In this document: positions 7,324 to 14,799 of the stretch, in pieces | Layout of the letters: the number at the start of each line of letters is the position of its first letter | Numbering within the stretch: position 1 is the stretch's first letter | Origin: a virus | Lineage: Duplodnaviria > Caudoviricetes | Length of the DNA stretch: 28,961 nt | IMG/VR virus record: IMGVR_UViG_3300023180_000291 | Location: 1 to 28,961 of that record | Strand: one strand, 5' to 3' | Notes under the pieces: model-generated | What the model was told of the DNA's origin: nothing | What the model saw: only the letters and a program-made list of their open reading frames with translations | The model's database searches: none | Position numbers and translations under genes: made by a program

Positions 7324-8211
7324 CTACACCTCCCACGGTGCTGGGGTTTCGTTTGCTTGCGAGGGTTCTGGGGTAGGTTCTGGGCGCTGGATTCGTCGGC
7401 GGGTTGCCCAGGTTGGGATGCGCTGGTCCGTGTCCTTGACGGCGGGTCTGGACGCCCGGGGAAGCTCCTCCAGCCAGGAGGTCTTGATCCCCTTCCACCC
7501 GCTTTCAATGGCCCGCTCCAGCCCCTGGACCACGTCCTTCCCTTCGCTGTAGGCTTGCAGGAGCTTCCGGTGTGTGCGCTCGATTTGTGCGGGCGACTGT
7601 CTCCAAGTCGACCCCGGCCGGACTTCGCACCACGTTGTAAAGGCGTCCGCGTAGCCAGCCGGAAGCCCATCCGGGATCGGGAGCGCTGCGGCTTGCTGAC
7701 GGGTCAGGCAACGGGTCTTCTTTTTAGCCGGTGTGACTTTCTTAGATCTGTTCACAGATGGAGAAGTCTTGATCTCCTTCAAGTGATCTCCTTCCTGATC
7801 TCCTTCTTGATCTCCTTTGGGTACCTCTGTGGTACGGGTGGGGTACCTCTGTGGTACTGGGGTAGTACCAGGGTGGTACGGGTACCCGTCCCTCTGTGGT
7901 ACTGGTACCTCTGTGGTACTGGTACCAGGGTGGTACTGGTTGACCCGCAGCCAGTCCAGGTCCAGGGTGTAGACGTTGGAGCGACCAGGCGCCCGGGTGA
8001 TCTGGATGGCCCCCAGCTGCTCCAGCTCTGCCAGCGCTCGGAGGACTGACATCCGACTGTAGCCGGTCCGGAGCTGGAGCCGGGGGACCGACGGGTAGCA
8101 GCTCGCATTGCTGCCCAGGTGATCAGACAGCGCCAGCAGGACCAGCTTACAAGCCGGGGACATCTCGGCGCCGAAGACCAGGCGGGCGCGCTGCCAGTAC
8201 AGGTCCCTCAC
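7324..8211 (-). CDS. Replication initiator (N-terminal winged HTH, lambda O-like layout)
   Basis: KLVLLALSDH...CYPSVPRLQLRTGYSRMSVLRALAELEQLGAI...SNVYTL; central repeat linker; C-terminal LERAIESGWKGI. Confidence 0.8.
   Translation of the reverse strand: MRDLYWQRARLVFGAEMSPACKLVLLALSDHLGSNASCYPSVPRLQLRTGYSRMSVLRALAELEQLGAIQITRAPGRSNVYTLDLDWLRVNQYHPGTSTTEVPVPQRDGYPYHPGTTPVPQRYPTRTTEVPKGDQEGDQEGDHLKEIKTSPSVNRSKKVTPAKKKTRCLTRQQAAALPIPDGLPAGYADAFTTWCEVRPGSTWRQSPAQIERTHRKLLQAYSEGKDVVQGLERAIESGWKGIKTSWLEELPRASRPAVKDTDQRIPTWATRRRIQRPEPTPEPSQANETPAPWEV
7771..7936. repeat. Iteron-like repeats, probable replication origin
   Basis: GGTACCTCTGTGGTAC at 7820, 7842 and 7904; variants at 7865, 7890 and 7921; GATCTCCTT four times in 7771-7817. 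Confidence 0.75.
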
Positions 8212-8414
8212 TGACTCACCACATAGACGACGGAGATGACGACGGAGGGGATCAGGACGGTCAGCGCCCAGTCCAGGGCGACGGCGACCAGCTCCAGCCC
8301 GAAGTCCGGCCAGATCAGCCCGGGGACGGTCAGGGCCAGCCCGCAGAGTCCAGTGCCCAGGACGGCGTACCAGATTGTCACGCGGCCAGCCGGCCGGCCT
8401 GTGTTATAGTGCAT
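8208..8414 (-). CDS. Small two-TM membrane protein
   Basis: Two hydrophobic stretches; RBS AAGGAG; GTGA overlap with the initiator; annotated start is GTG-free ATG region near 8414. Confidence 0.6.
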   Translation of the reverse strand: MHYNTGRPAGRVTIWYAVLGTGLCGLALTVPGLIWPDFGLELVAVALDWALTVLIPSVVISVVYVVSQ

Positions 8415-8453
8415 TTGCGTTCTCCTTGTAGTGGGGCTCTTGCTTGCGTCCCT

Positions 8454-8488
8454 ACCCCGCCGACCAGCTCAGAGGTCGGCGGGGTTTT
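8454..8488. terminator. Stem-loop downstream of the XRE genes
   Basis: 12-bp stem ACCCCGCCGACC/GGTCGGCGGGGT with 8-nt loop; short T-run on the + side. Confidence 0.55.
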
Positions 8489-8490
8489 CT

Positions 8491-8715
8491 CTATCGCCAG
8501 GGCGGGACTTTCAGGGCGATACGCTCCAGCAGGAAGATGCTGGACTCGTAGAGGTTCAGCAGGGTCAGGACGTGACCTCTGGAGATTGTTCCGGTGTATT
8601 CCCAGTAGCGCAGGGTCAGCGGGGACACGCCCAGGACCCGGGCGGCGTCCTCCAGCTCTACCTGGGCGGCTTCCCGCTCCCGCCGAAGCAGGAGGGCGAC
8701 CCGTGACGGGATCAC
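8491..8715 (-). CDS. XRE-family HTH regulator
   Basis: LRREREAAQVELEDAARVLGVSPLTLRYWE. Confidence 0.8.
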   Translation of the reverse strand: MIPSRVALLLRREREAAQVELEDAARVLGVSPLTLRYWEYTGTISRGHVLTLLNLYESSIFLLERIALKVPPWR

Positions 8716-8843
8716 GGGTCAACCCGGGCTGCGGAGGGGGTAGCGCCCAGGACAGGGCGCCGGAGGGGAAGCTGGACCGCTCCAGTCTCAGCGTCAGCAT
8801 CATGTCTTGTCAGGAGATTAGCTGCGGAGCGATCCAACGTCAT
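8712..8843 (-). CDS. 43-aa hypothetical protein, not in the ORF track (MTLDRSAANLLTRHDADAETG...)
   Basis: TGATG overlap upstream and GTGA overlap downstream. Confidence 0.45.
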   Translation of the reverse strand: MTLDRSAANLLTRHDADAETGAVQLPLRRPVLGATPSAARVDP

Positions 8844-9091
8844 CAGTCTACCCGCTCCAGCTGGGCGGTGGCAGTCTCTGGAAGGATAGCAGGCGCGTCC
8901 GGCTCAATGCGGACATCCAGCTCTACCTCCAGCGCGTTGACCAGCTTCTGGAGGGTGGACAGGCGCGGGTCGCGGCCCTTCCGGATGTTCTGGAGGGTGT
9001 ACGGCGCAAGCCCAGCCCGCCGGCATATCTCCCGACTGGACAGGCCCGCGTCATCCGCTGCGGACAGGATGTAGTTGAGTATTTTTTCCAT
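8843..9091 (-). CDS. XRE/Cro-like HTH regulator
   Basis: GLSSREICRRAGLAPYTLQNIRKGRDPRLSTLQKLVNALEV; first gene of the leftward operon; alternative start at 9109. Confidence 0.85.
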   Translation of the reverse strand: MEKILNYILSAADDAGLSSREICRRAGLAPYTLQNIRKGRDPRLSTLQKLVNALEVELDVRIEPDAPAILPETATAQLERVD

Positions 9092-9158
9092 AGTCCATTG
9101 ATACTTCAATGAGTCAGGGGAAGCAATTATAAATGTTCACTATTTTAGTCGGATAGTG

Positions 9159-9187
9159 TTGTATGCGTGGTTGTTGTTAGATATAAT
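9159..9187 (+). promoter_or_regulatory. Sigma70-like promoter in the divergent AT-rich control region
   Basis: TTGTAT-N17-TATAAT, followed by a GGAGG RBS and GTG at 9213. Confidence 0.7.
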
Positions 9188-9212
9188 AGTCAGGTAACCA
9201 ACGGAGGTTAAC

Positions 9213-9437
9213 GTGGAACGCAAGCCCGAAGACGTGACTATCGACACCTACACCGAAGAGGACCTGGGCGCCGTCCTGGAAGACCACGCCGACGACGCCG
9301 TCCCCTACTGCGACCCGCACGCCGAAGAGCGGACCGCCCTCGAGCAGCTCTACTATCTGGCGATCCAGTCCCGTGACTGGGCACGCGCGTTCGACCTGGC
9401 CGCTCAGATTGAGTCCCTGTCCCCTTCCGTCTACTAA
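9213..9437 (+). CDS. Small acidic protein with UVR-like C-terminal motif
   Basis: 18 D/E vs 5 K/R in 74 aa; AIQSRDWARAFDLAAQIESL; strong RBS. Confidence 0.75.
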   Translation: MERKPEDVTIDTYTEEDLGAVLEDHADDAVPYCDPHAEERTALEQLYYLAIQSRDWARAFDLAAQIESLSPSVY

Positions 9438-9449
9438 GGAGCCCGCACA

Positions 9450-10013
9450 ATGACCGCTATCGACCTCTCCACTATCCTGTCCGTTCTCCAGGATGAGCTC
9501 CGGCAGCTGGCCGGCGGATACCATCCCGCTCTGGCCCACGCCCGCCCGGACGACGTCCTGGCCACGATCGTCTCCGGCGCGTACCGGGCTGGCCTGGGCG
9601 CCGACGACCTCAACCGGGCGCTCCTGGCATCCGGCGTAGAGCTGCGCGGACTGGCTACCCTCCGGCGTGTCACCCTGACCCCCCTGGCCCTCCGGTCTGA
9701 CGGCTGGGTCCGGCTCTGGGCAAACCGGCTCCCGCGTGTCCTGATCGCTGCTGGTCGGGGCGCTGTCCCCTACACCGCAGCCGGACGCAAGTACACCCGT
9801 ACCGAAGTCAACGAAGTCGTCCACTGGTGTGTCGTCGCCCAGTGTGAAGCCAACGGTCTGGAGACGACCCCGGCAAACTTCCTCCAGCTGGCCAACTGGG
9901 GACTGGATCAGCTGTATCCGGAGTATCAGCGGCGGACAGGCAAGGTCCACCCCTGTCAGGAGCGTGTCCGGGACCTTCTCAGCCACCTCAACGTCCAGAC
10001 CTGGCCCCTGTAG
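9450..10013 (+). CDS. Hypothetical protein
   Basis: TAAGGAG RBS; 187 aa; GC3-rich codons. Confidence 0.8.
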   Translation: MTAIDLSTILSVLQDELRQLAGGYHPALAHARPDDVLATIVSGAYRAGLGADDLNRALLASGVELRGLATLRRVTLTPLALRSDGWVRLWANRLPRVLIAAGRGAVPYTAAGRKYTRTEVNEVVHWCVVAQCEANGLETTPANFLQLANWGLDQLYPEYQRRTGKVHPCQERVRDLLSHLNVQTWPL

Positions 10014-10051
10014 CCGGCCGGCCGGCTGGCCTGACTTCCCCTTCATCCATG

Positions 10052-10080
10052 CCCCAGGGTCCGACGCCCTGGGGTTCTTC
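10052..10080 (+). terminator. Putative intrinsic terminator
   Basis: CCCCAGGG/CCCTGGGG stem followed by TTCTTCGTT. Confidence 0.55.
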
Positions 10081-10085
10081 GTTGT

Positions 10086-10140
10086 GTGACTAAAATAAAT
10101 ATCAGAAACCCCTTGACCGTCCGTACTGGCTAATATAAAT
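10086..10140 (+). promoter_or_regulatory. Promoter with 23-bp element shared with 28411-28433
   Basis: GTGACTAAAATAAATATCAGAAA (10086-10108), TTGACC (10113) and TATAAAT (10134). Confidence 0.7.
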
Positions 10141-10297
10141 AACAAACATCGGGGCGGACAAATAGCCCGACCCGGTCCCAGAGAGCTGGCGATAACGGCC
10201 AGCGTCAGTCCAAATGGGCGGGCGCATAGCGAAGACGAAGGGACACAGCACGACACGCCCCGCAGGGGCACGCAAGCAAGCAAGCAAGGAGCACACC

Positions 10298-10489
10298 ATG
10301 ACACACGAAGAGACTGAGGCATTGGAAGAGCTGCTGGGCGACCTCGCACCGCAGCACGACAGCCCCGAAGCGGTGGACGCTATGCTCTGGGACCTCGACG
10401 CCGACGAAGACGACGAAGAGTATCTGGAGTATCTGGCAGCTCAGGAAGTCCTCCACGCCACACACGGCGCGGACGCTTCCCACTACTGA
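10298..10489 (+). CDS. Very acidic 63-aa protein
   Basis: 20 D/E and no K/R; RBS AAGGAG preceded by (GCAA)4. Confidence 0.75.
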   Translation: MTHEETEALEELLGDLAPQHDSPEAVDAMLWDLDADEDDEEYLEYLAAQEVLHATHGADASHY

Positions 10490-10499
10490 CACCGAACCA

Positions 10500-10527
10500 G
10501 GGCGCCCTCCCCAGCTGGAGGGCGCCC
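10500..10527 (+). other. Intergenic 11-bp stem-loop without a U-tract
   Basis: GGGCGCCCTCC-CCAGCT-GGAGGGCGCCC. Confidence 0.6.
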
Positions 10528-10545
10528 GCATAGGAGGACACACCA

Positions 10546-10836
10546 ATGACCGAAGCAGAGAAGATCGCAGAGCGCTACGGCGACGACGGACAGCGCTGGG
10601 AAGATGACGACGGCGTCAACATTGTTGACCTGCTGAACGACGTCAAGACCAGCCGGTGGGACCGGCGGGACGGGATGGACGTCTGGGAGCTGGAGGACGG
10701 ATCGCTGATTGTCACTTGTGACGGCTGGTGGGACGTGGTCACCGTCAACGGCTCCCGCTGGGAGGACTCCAACGGGGAGCCCCTGGCAGACCTCTACGAC
10801 TGCGGGACGCCGAAGGGCTGGGGGTACCGGGCATGA
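10546..10836 (+). CDS. Acidic Trp-rich small protein
   Basis: AGGAGG RBS; 24 D/E and 7 W in 96 aa; internal repeat GQRWEDDDG/GSRWEDSNG. Confidence 0.8.
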   Translation: MTEAEKIAERYGDDGQRWEDDDGVNIVDLLNDVKTSRWDRRDGMDVWELEDGSLIVTCDGWWDVVTVNGSRWEDSNGEPLADLYDCGTPKGWGYRA

Positions 10837-11054
10837 GGACGGACTTCGAAGACCTGTTCTGGGAGCTGGAGGGCGCCGGCCTGGCTGTCGCCCTCTACCA
10901 CGACCCGCCGGAGATTGTCTGTCACAAAGGAGCGGTCATCACTCCGGAGCCCGACGGACACGGATGGAGACTGACCCTGGGCACTGTCCCGCTCGACTTT
11001 ACAGCGCACACAAGCACCAAAATGGTTTACCTACTGAGGAGATACAACCGATGA
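10833..11054 (+). CDS. Hypothetical protein (MRTDFEDLFWE...)
   Basis: ATGA overlaps at both ends. Confidence 0.7.
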   Translation: MRTDFEDLFWELEGAGLAVALYHDPPEIVCHKGAVITPEPDGHGWRLTLGTVPLDFTAHTSTKMVYLLRRYNR

Positions 11055-11224
11055 CACCACATTATCCTGACCTCTCCAACGCTACCCGGGAAGAGCTGCT
11101 GGTTCGGCTCCAGGAGGTCCGCTACATCAACACGGTCCTGCATCAACAGATTGTAGCGGAGCGGGAGCGCGTTAAGGAGATGGCGACTCAGCTGCACGCC
11201 ATGAAGAAAGCAGCGGCAGAGTAA
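11051..11224 (+). CDS. Small coiled-coil protein (MTPHYPDL...)
   Basis: GAGGAG RBS, ATGA overlap, heptad-like pattern. Confidence 0.7.
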   Translation: MTPHYPDLSNATREELLVRLQEVRYINTVLHQQIVAERERVKEMATQLHAMKKAAAE

Positions 11225-11257
11225 GCCAACCACGGCGACGAAGACGAAGACGAAGAC

Positions 11258-11289
11258 GGCCCCGGGGCAAACACCCCGGGGCCTTTTTT
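11258..11289 (+). terminator. Rho-independent terminator
   Basis: GGCCCCGGGG-CAAACA-CCCCGGGGCC-TTTTTT between convergent operons. Confidence 0.9.
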
Positions 11290-11345
11290 GTTTGCTGAAT
11301 CCACAAGAAACCCAGGACCAGACTACCGGCCGGCCGGCCGGCCTG

Positions 11346-11573
11346 TCAAGCCCCAGCAGCGATCAAGGCATCCAAGACCAGGCGGGCGATCTGGCGTGAT
11401 GTCGCTTCGCTGGGGGAGCTGGAGGAGCTGGGGGAGTAGGAAGCCAGGAGCGTGGACACCTCAGACTCCGACAGGACCACGGGGATCTGGTAGCCCTCGA
11501 CGACGAAGTATGCGCCGACGGTGGATTGACCGCTGACGGACATGGACTGGACTTCGTCTTGATTGACTTGCAT
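11346..11573 (-). CDS. Hypothetical protein
   Basis: GAGG RBS; last gene of the late operon. Confidence 0.65.
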   Translation of the reverse strand: MQVNQDEVQSMSVSGQSTVGAYFVVEGYQIPVVLSESEVSTLLASYSPSSSSSPSEATSRQIARLVLDALIAAGA

Positions 11574-11583
11574 TGTGGACCTC

Positions 11584-12327
11584 TCAGATCGTGACGTTCA
11601 GTGACAGGGCTTGGAGCCGGACGGAAAAACGCTGCTGGTCGTCTTCGGCGACAGTAACGGAGCCCTCGGTCCCGACGCCGACGAAGAGGTATTGGTTCGC
11701 AGTGCTCGCCAGCGCTTCGTCCTGTCTTTTGGCGTAGTGAAGAGTCGAGTTGACCAGGCCGGCGGACGTCAGGTTAGCCGCCTGTCCGCCCAGCATATTG
11801 CGCCCACCCCGGAAGACGTTCCCGCTCAGGGTGTCATTGCTGGCGCTATCTGCGGCGTTACGGGTATTTTCGCAGAATACGCCCCCGCCCGGGTTGCCCG
11901 TCGTGGTCTGGTAGACGATCCCGCCGGAGGCGTCTATCGTGGACGCGGTGACGCTGGTTGGATCAGTGCAGACACCGAAGACAAATTGATGGTTGAAGTC
12001 CTTGACGGTCGTGTCCGTCTTCCCCAGGAAGAAGGCGTTGATGAGGTTGTCCGATGTGATCTGGTTTCCGTCGATGCTTAGGAGCTTGTACCAGCGGGGT
12101 GCTCTGATCGTGGCTCCAGAGTGCCAGACATTATTGGTGCTTGCAGACGCCGCGTACCAGGTGACGGTATTGTATCCGCCGGAGTGCGACACGCCCTTGA
12201 CCAGGCTGTCCGGGTCGTACAATGCCCAGCTGCCGTCCGTCAGGTCTACCAGATCCGGCGACACGTTGTAAAAGCTGGTCCCAGCAGCCGCCCCAGCTGG
12301 GCGTCCAGCCATCGGATACATACTCAC
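11584..12327 (-). CDS. Putative virion/receptor-binding beta-rich protein
   Basis: S/T/G/N-rich, aromatic, beta-strand pattern; GTGA coupling; function inferred only. Confidence 0.55.
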   Translation of the reverse strand: MSMYPMAGRPAGAAAGTSFYNVSPDLVDLTDGSWALYDPDSLVKGVSHSGGYNTVTWYAASASTNNVWHSGATIRAPRWYKLLSIDGNQITSDNLINAFFLGKTDTTVKDFNHQFVFGVCTDPTSVTASTIDASGGIVYQTTTGNPGGGVFCENTRNAADSASNDTLSGNVFRGGRNMLGGQAANLTSAGLVNSTLHYAKRQDEALASTANQYLFVGVGTEGSVTVAEDDQQRFSVRLQALSLNVTI

Positions 12328-12620
12328 GCGGTCACCCGGTAGAAGATGTTCTGTGTCCCACGTCCGGAGCCGGTCGCAAAATACACGACCTTATCCCCGG
12401 TGTTATCGGTGTTTTCACGCCGGTAGACCTCAACCCAGACGCTATTGGGGAGCGTGACGGCGTCCGTGCTGTTCCCAATGCTGAAGGTTCCGTCCGTGTT
12501 GTCGCTGAGGTAGACGTTCAGCGCTTGGGCACGGTCCCCGATTGTGATTGAGTTTGCGGACATCGTCTCTGTTGTGGACAGTGTCCCCGTTCCTTCCAGG
12601 TCTACGGTTGCAGTAGCCAT
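12324..12620 (-). CDS. Small Thr-rich beta protein (possible virion component)
   Basis: GGAGG RBS; coupled to its neighbours. Confidence 0.65.
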   Translation of the reverse strand: MATATVDLEGTGTLSTTETMSANSITIGDRAQALNVYLSDNTDGTFSIGNSTDAVTLPNSVWVEVYRRENTDNTGDKVVYFATGSGRGTQNIFYRVTA

Positions 12621-12833
12621 TTATTTGTCCTCCCCAGCCGGCCGGCCGGTCAGTCTGTGTAGTGTGCGGGCGACCAGCTCCCGGACGGCGCGTAGTCTCC
12701 AGGTCAGGTGCGCAAACGGCGTCCACTCTGCGGGCAGCTCTGCGTCAGGGCGGACCCGGGCGCCTGGTTGGGGCGTCCAGCCTCCGGCCGGTGTCACGGT
12801 GACCCGCTCCCGCTTCCAGGTTGCTCTATCCAC
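12621..12833 (-). CDS. Hypothetical protein (MDRATWKRE...)
   Basis: GGGAGG RBS before GTG at 12833; stop abuts the next ATG. Confidence 0.5.
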   Translation of the reverse strand: MDRATWKRERVTVTPAGGWTPQPGARVRPDAELPAEWTPFAHLTWRLRAVRELVARTLHRLTGRPAGEDK

Positions 12834-13311
12834 GGCCGCCTCCCTTGCGCTCAGTGACTTCAATGGCCCGGTCCAGTCTGCTATGGAGCTGTTGGAGCGG
12901 TGCCAGCAGGCGCTCCAGAGACTGGTCCCGCTTGTGGTTGTGGAGCTCGGACTGGAGCCGGGACACGTCCTCTTTTGCGCTCGTCGCGATTGCCCGGACC
13001 AGCGTGACGTCGTTGGACAGCTTGTCCAGCTTGGACTCCAGGCGGTCCACGGTGCTCTGGTAGTGCTCCAGTCGGTCCTGAAGGATCTGGTCCGCGTTGT
13101 CGCGGGCGATAGCAGCGGCCGCCTTCGCGGTCAGATGCTCCCGCCCTTCCAGCCCGGTCCGGTGCCTCTGGTACCAGATCCCGGTCCCGCCCAGGGCGGT
13201 GATCAATGCGGCGACGATGGCGCCGACGGCGTTGGGGTCCACGCCAGGAGCAGCCCAGGCCGTCGAAGGGACGGCCAGCAGGACGGCCACGACGACAGCC
13301 TGGATCAGCAT
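12826..13311 (-). CDS. Membrane protein with coiled-coil tail (holin-like candidate)
   Basis: Two N-terminal hydrophobic segments, then a long heptad region; close to the endolysin; TGATG overlap. Confidence 0.55.
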   Translation of the reverse strand: MLIQAVVVAVLLAVPSTAWAAPGVDPNAVGAIVAALITALGGTGIWYQRHRTGLEGREHLTAKAAAAIARDNADQILQDRLEHYQSTVDRLESKLDKLSNDVTLVRAIATSAKEDVSRLQSELHNHKRDQSLERLLAPLQQLHSRLDRAIEVTERKGGGRG

Positions 13312-13826
13312 CAGATCCCCCCGTCCATCCCCCATCCGCCCGGGTCGCTGGTGACCTCGAGGGCGGACGGGCGGGACTCGGGGACGTCCACGACGGACAC
13401 CGAAGCGGCGACCGGCTGGCCGGCTGGCCTGCGATTGTCCACGATCCTGGGGAAGCGGCCCCGGACTTCGCCCAGGGTGGGGATGTCACCACGGCGACGA
13501 CGGCGCCGACGTGCAGCCCGGACGAAGAGCCGGAGCAGCTGCTCTATTGCCAGCCCGTCCAGCAGCTCCACGATCTGACCAGCCAGCCCCGGGAGGACTT
13601 TCTCCCAGTCCACCGCGTCGTCCAGCTTTCCGGCCAGGAGCGGGACGGAGTCCACATAGCGGTCCCGGATCTCCTCATAGACCAGCTCTTCGTCCAGGCC
13701 CATCTCGAAGAGGTCCAGCGCTTCCTGGACGATCTTGGGGCGTGCTTTCTGGATTGCTGCTTTTAGCTGTCGCAGTCGCTCCTGGGCGGCTTGTAGGATC
13801 TTCGTCTTCATAGGGGTGGGCTCCAT
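13311..13826 (-). CDS. Hypothetical helical protein with an Arg7 run
   Basis: TAATG overlap with the endolysin stop. Confidence 0.65.
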   Translation of the reverse strand: MEPTPMKTKILQAAQERLRQLKAAIQKARPKIVQEALDLFEMGLDEELVYEEIRDRYVDSVPLLAGKLDDAVDWEKVLPGLAGQIVELLDGLAIEQLLRLFVRAARRRRRRRGDIPTLGEVRGRFPRIVDNRRPAGQPVAASVSVVDVPESRPSALEVTSDPGGWGMDGGI

Positions 13827-14542
13827 TAGGTGGGGTTGACGTACAGGGCGTCCTTTGCCAGTGATAGCAGCGCCTTTCGGTCGTTGATACCGTTTGTTCC
13901 GCCGTTGATCGCACGGGTGACGGCCCGCAGGTCGTCCCGGTCGGCGTTGGCGTTTATGTTGCGGTCCAGCCAGTAGAACGCCGCCAGCCTGTAGGCGACC
14001 TCTGGAAGCGCGGCCAGCTCCGGCTGACGCTCCAGATCCAGACCCAGATAAGCGCCGGCCCGCCGATAGTTGGCCCGCCCGGTCAGCTGGATGACTCCGC
14101 GTCCCTTGTAGCGGCGACCGTCGCCCGGTTCGGTGTTGCCCAGGTCCTTCCGGCCCTCGTAGGCGTCCCCGCTGGCATACTCCGTAAGGGCCTTAAAACG
14201 GTCGCTTTCATGCGCGATTTGAGCGATAAAATGCGCCGTTCTAAGGGGTGTGGCCGCTATTTCGTATGTAGCAGCCTGTAAAAGCCTTAAATGCTCGGCG
14301 GGGAAGGTCTTCGCAATCTTCCGAAGGTCCCCCAGCTCCAGCCAGTTGACGCCGGAGATGACCCTGGCCAGTCTGCGGTCCAGATCAGCGACCAGGACGC
14401 CGGATATCTGGCCCGTCGGACGCAGTCCTGCGGCCCGCTCTGCGGCTTTGATTGCAGATGCAGTCCTGCGGCCCGCGACACCGTCCAGCGGTCCCGGCTC
14501 ATAGCCCAGGCGGGCCAGGGTATGCTGGACCCGCAGGATCAC
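13826..14542 (-). CDS. Endolysin: peptidoglycan-binding domain plus glycoside hydrolase family 19
   Basis: VQHTLARLGYEPGPLDGVAGRRTASAI (PG-binding); AHFIAQIAHES, LGNTEPGDGRRYKGRGVIQLTGRANY, VTRAINGGTNGINDR (GH19). Confidence 0.93.
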   Translation of the reverse strand: MILRVQHTLARLGYEPGPLDGVAGRRTASAIKAAERAAGLRPTGQISGVLVADLDRRLARVISGVNWLELGDLRKIAKTFPAEHLRLLQAATYEIAATPLRTAHFIAQIAHESDRFKALTEYASGDAYEGRKDLGNTEPGDGRRYKGRGVIQLTGRANYRRAGAYLGLDLERQPELAALPEVAYRLAAFYWLDRNINANADRDDLRAVTRAINGGTNGINDRKALLSLAKDALYVNPT

Positions 14543-14787
14543 GACTGCCCACCGATGGACGCAGCAACGATCCGATAAAGAAGCGGCCGACCGTCCGGCC
14601 CGTTCCGGGCTGCATAGGCGCTGATCGACTCGATGTAGATTGGCCCGGTCAGTCCTTCCCGAAGCAGGGCGGGGAAGTCTGCGGCGTCCGCGTTGGGACG
14701 GAGCGGGGACGACGTCGGCGCCCTCCAGCTCTGACCCTGGAAGGGCTCGGGGACGTGGTCAACAACAAAGGTCTGGAGCTTGGGCAA
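14539..14787 (-). CDS. Hypothetical protein
   Basis: TAAGGAG RBS before TTG; GTGA overlap with the lysin. Confidence 0.6.
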   Translation of the reverse strand: MPKLQTFVVDHVPEPFQGQSWRAPTSSPLRPNADAADFPALLREGLTGPIYIESISAYAARNGPDGRPLLYRIVAASIGGQS

Positions 14788-14799
14788 TGTGGTTTCTCC

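Noticed and set aside
7820-7936. GGTAC repeats as a mini CRISPR array
   Set aside because: No spacer-length unique sequences, lies inside a coding region, no cas genes
7779-8108. Alternative-frame ORF ending KEIKKEIRKEIT, suggesting a frameshifted initiator
   Set aside because: The main frame is intact from HTH to C-terminal domain; the pattern is a by-product of the DNA repeats
10174-10245. HDV-like ribozyme resemblance (GGTCCCAG...CGAAGGGAC)
   Set aside because: I could not build the nested P1/P3/L3 pseudoknot; only a P2-like pair is present
9177-10349. 390-aa minus-strand ORF
   Set aside because: Antisense to + strand genes with strong RBSs and runs through a promoter and terminator; no recognisable domain
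11237-11257. (GACGAA)3 repeat before the terminator
   Set aside because: Short microsatellite with no supporting context
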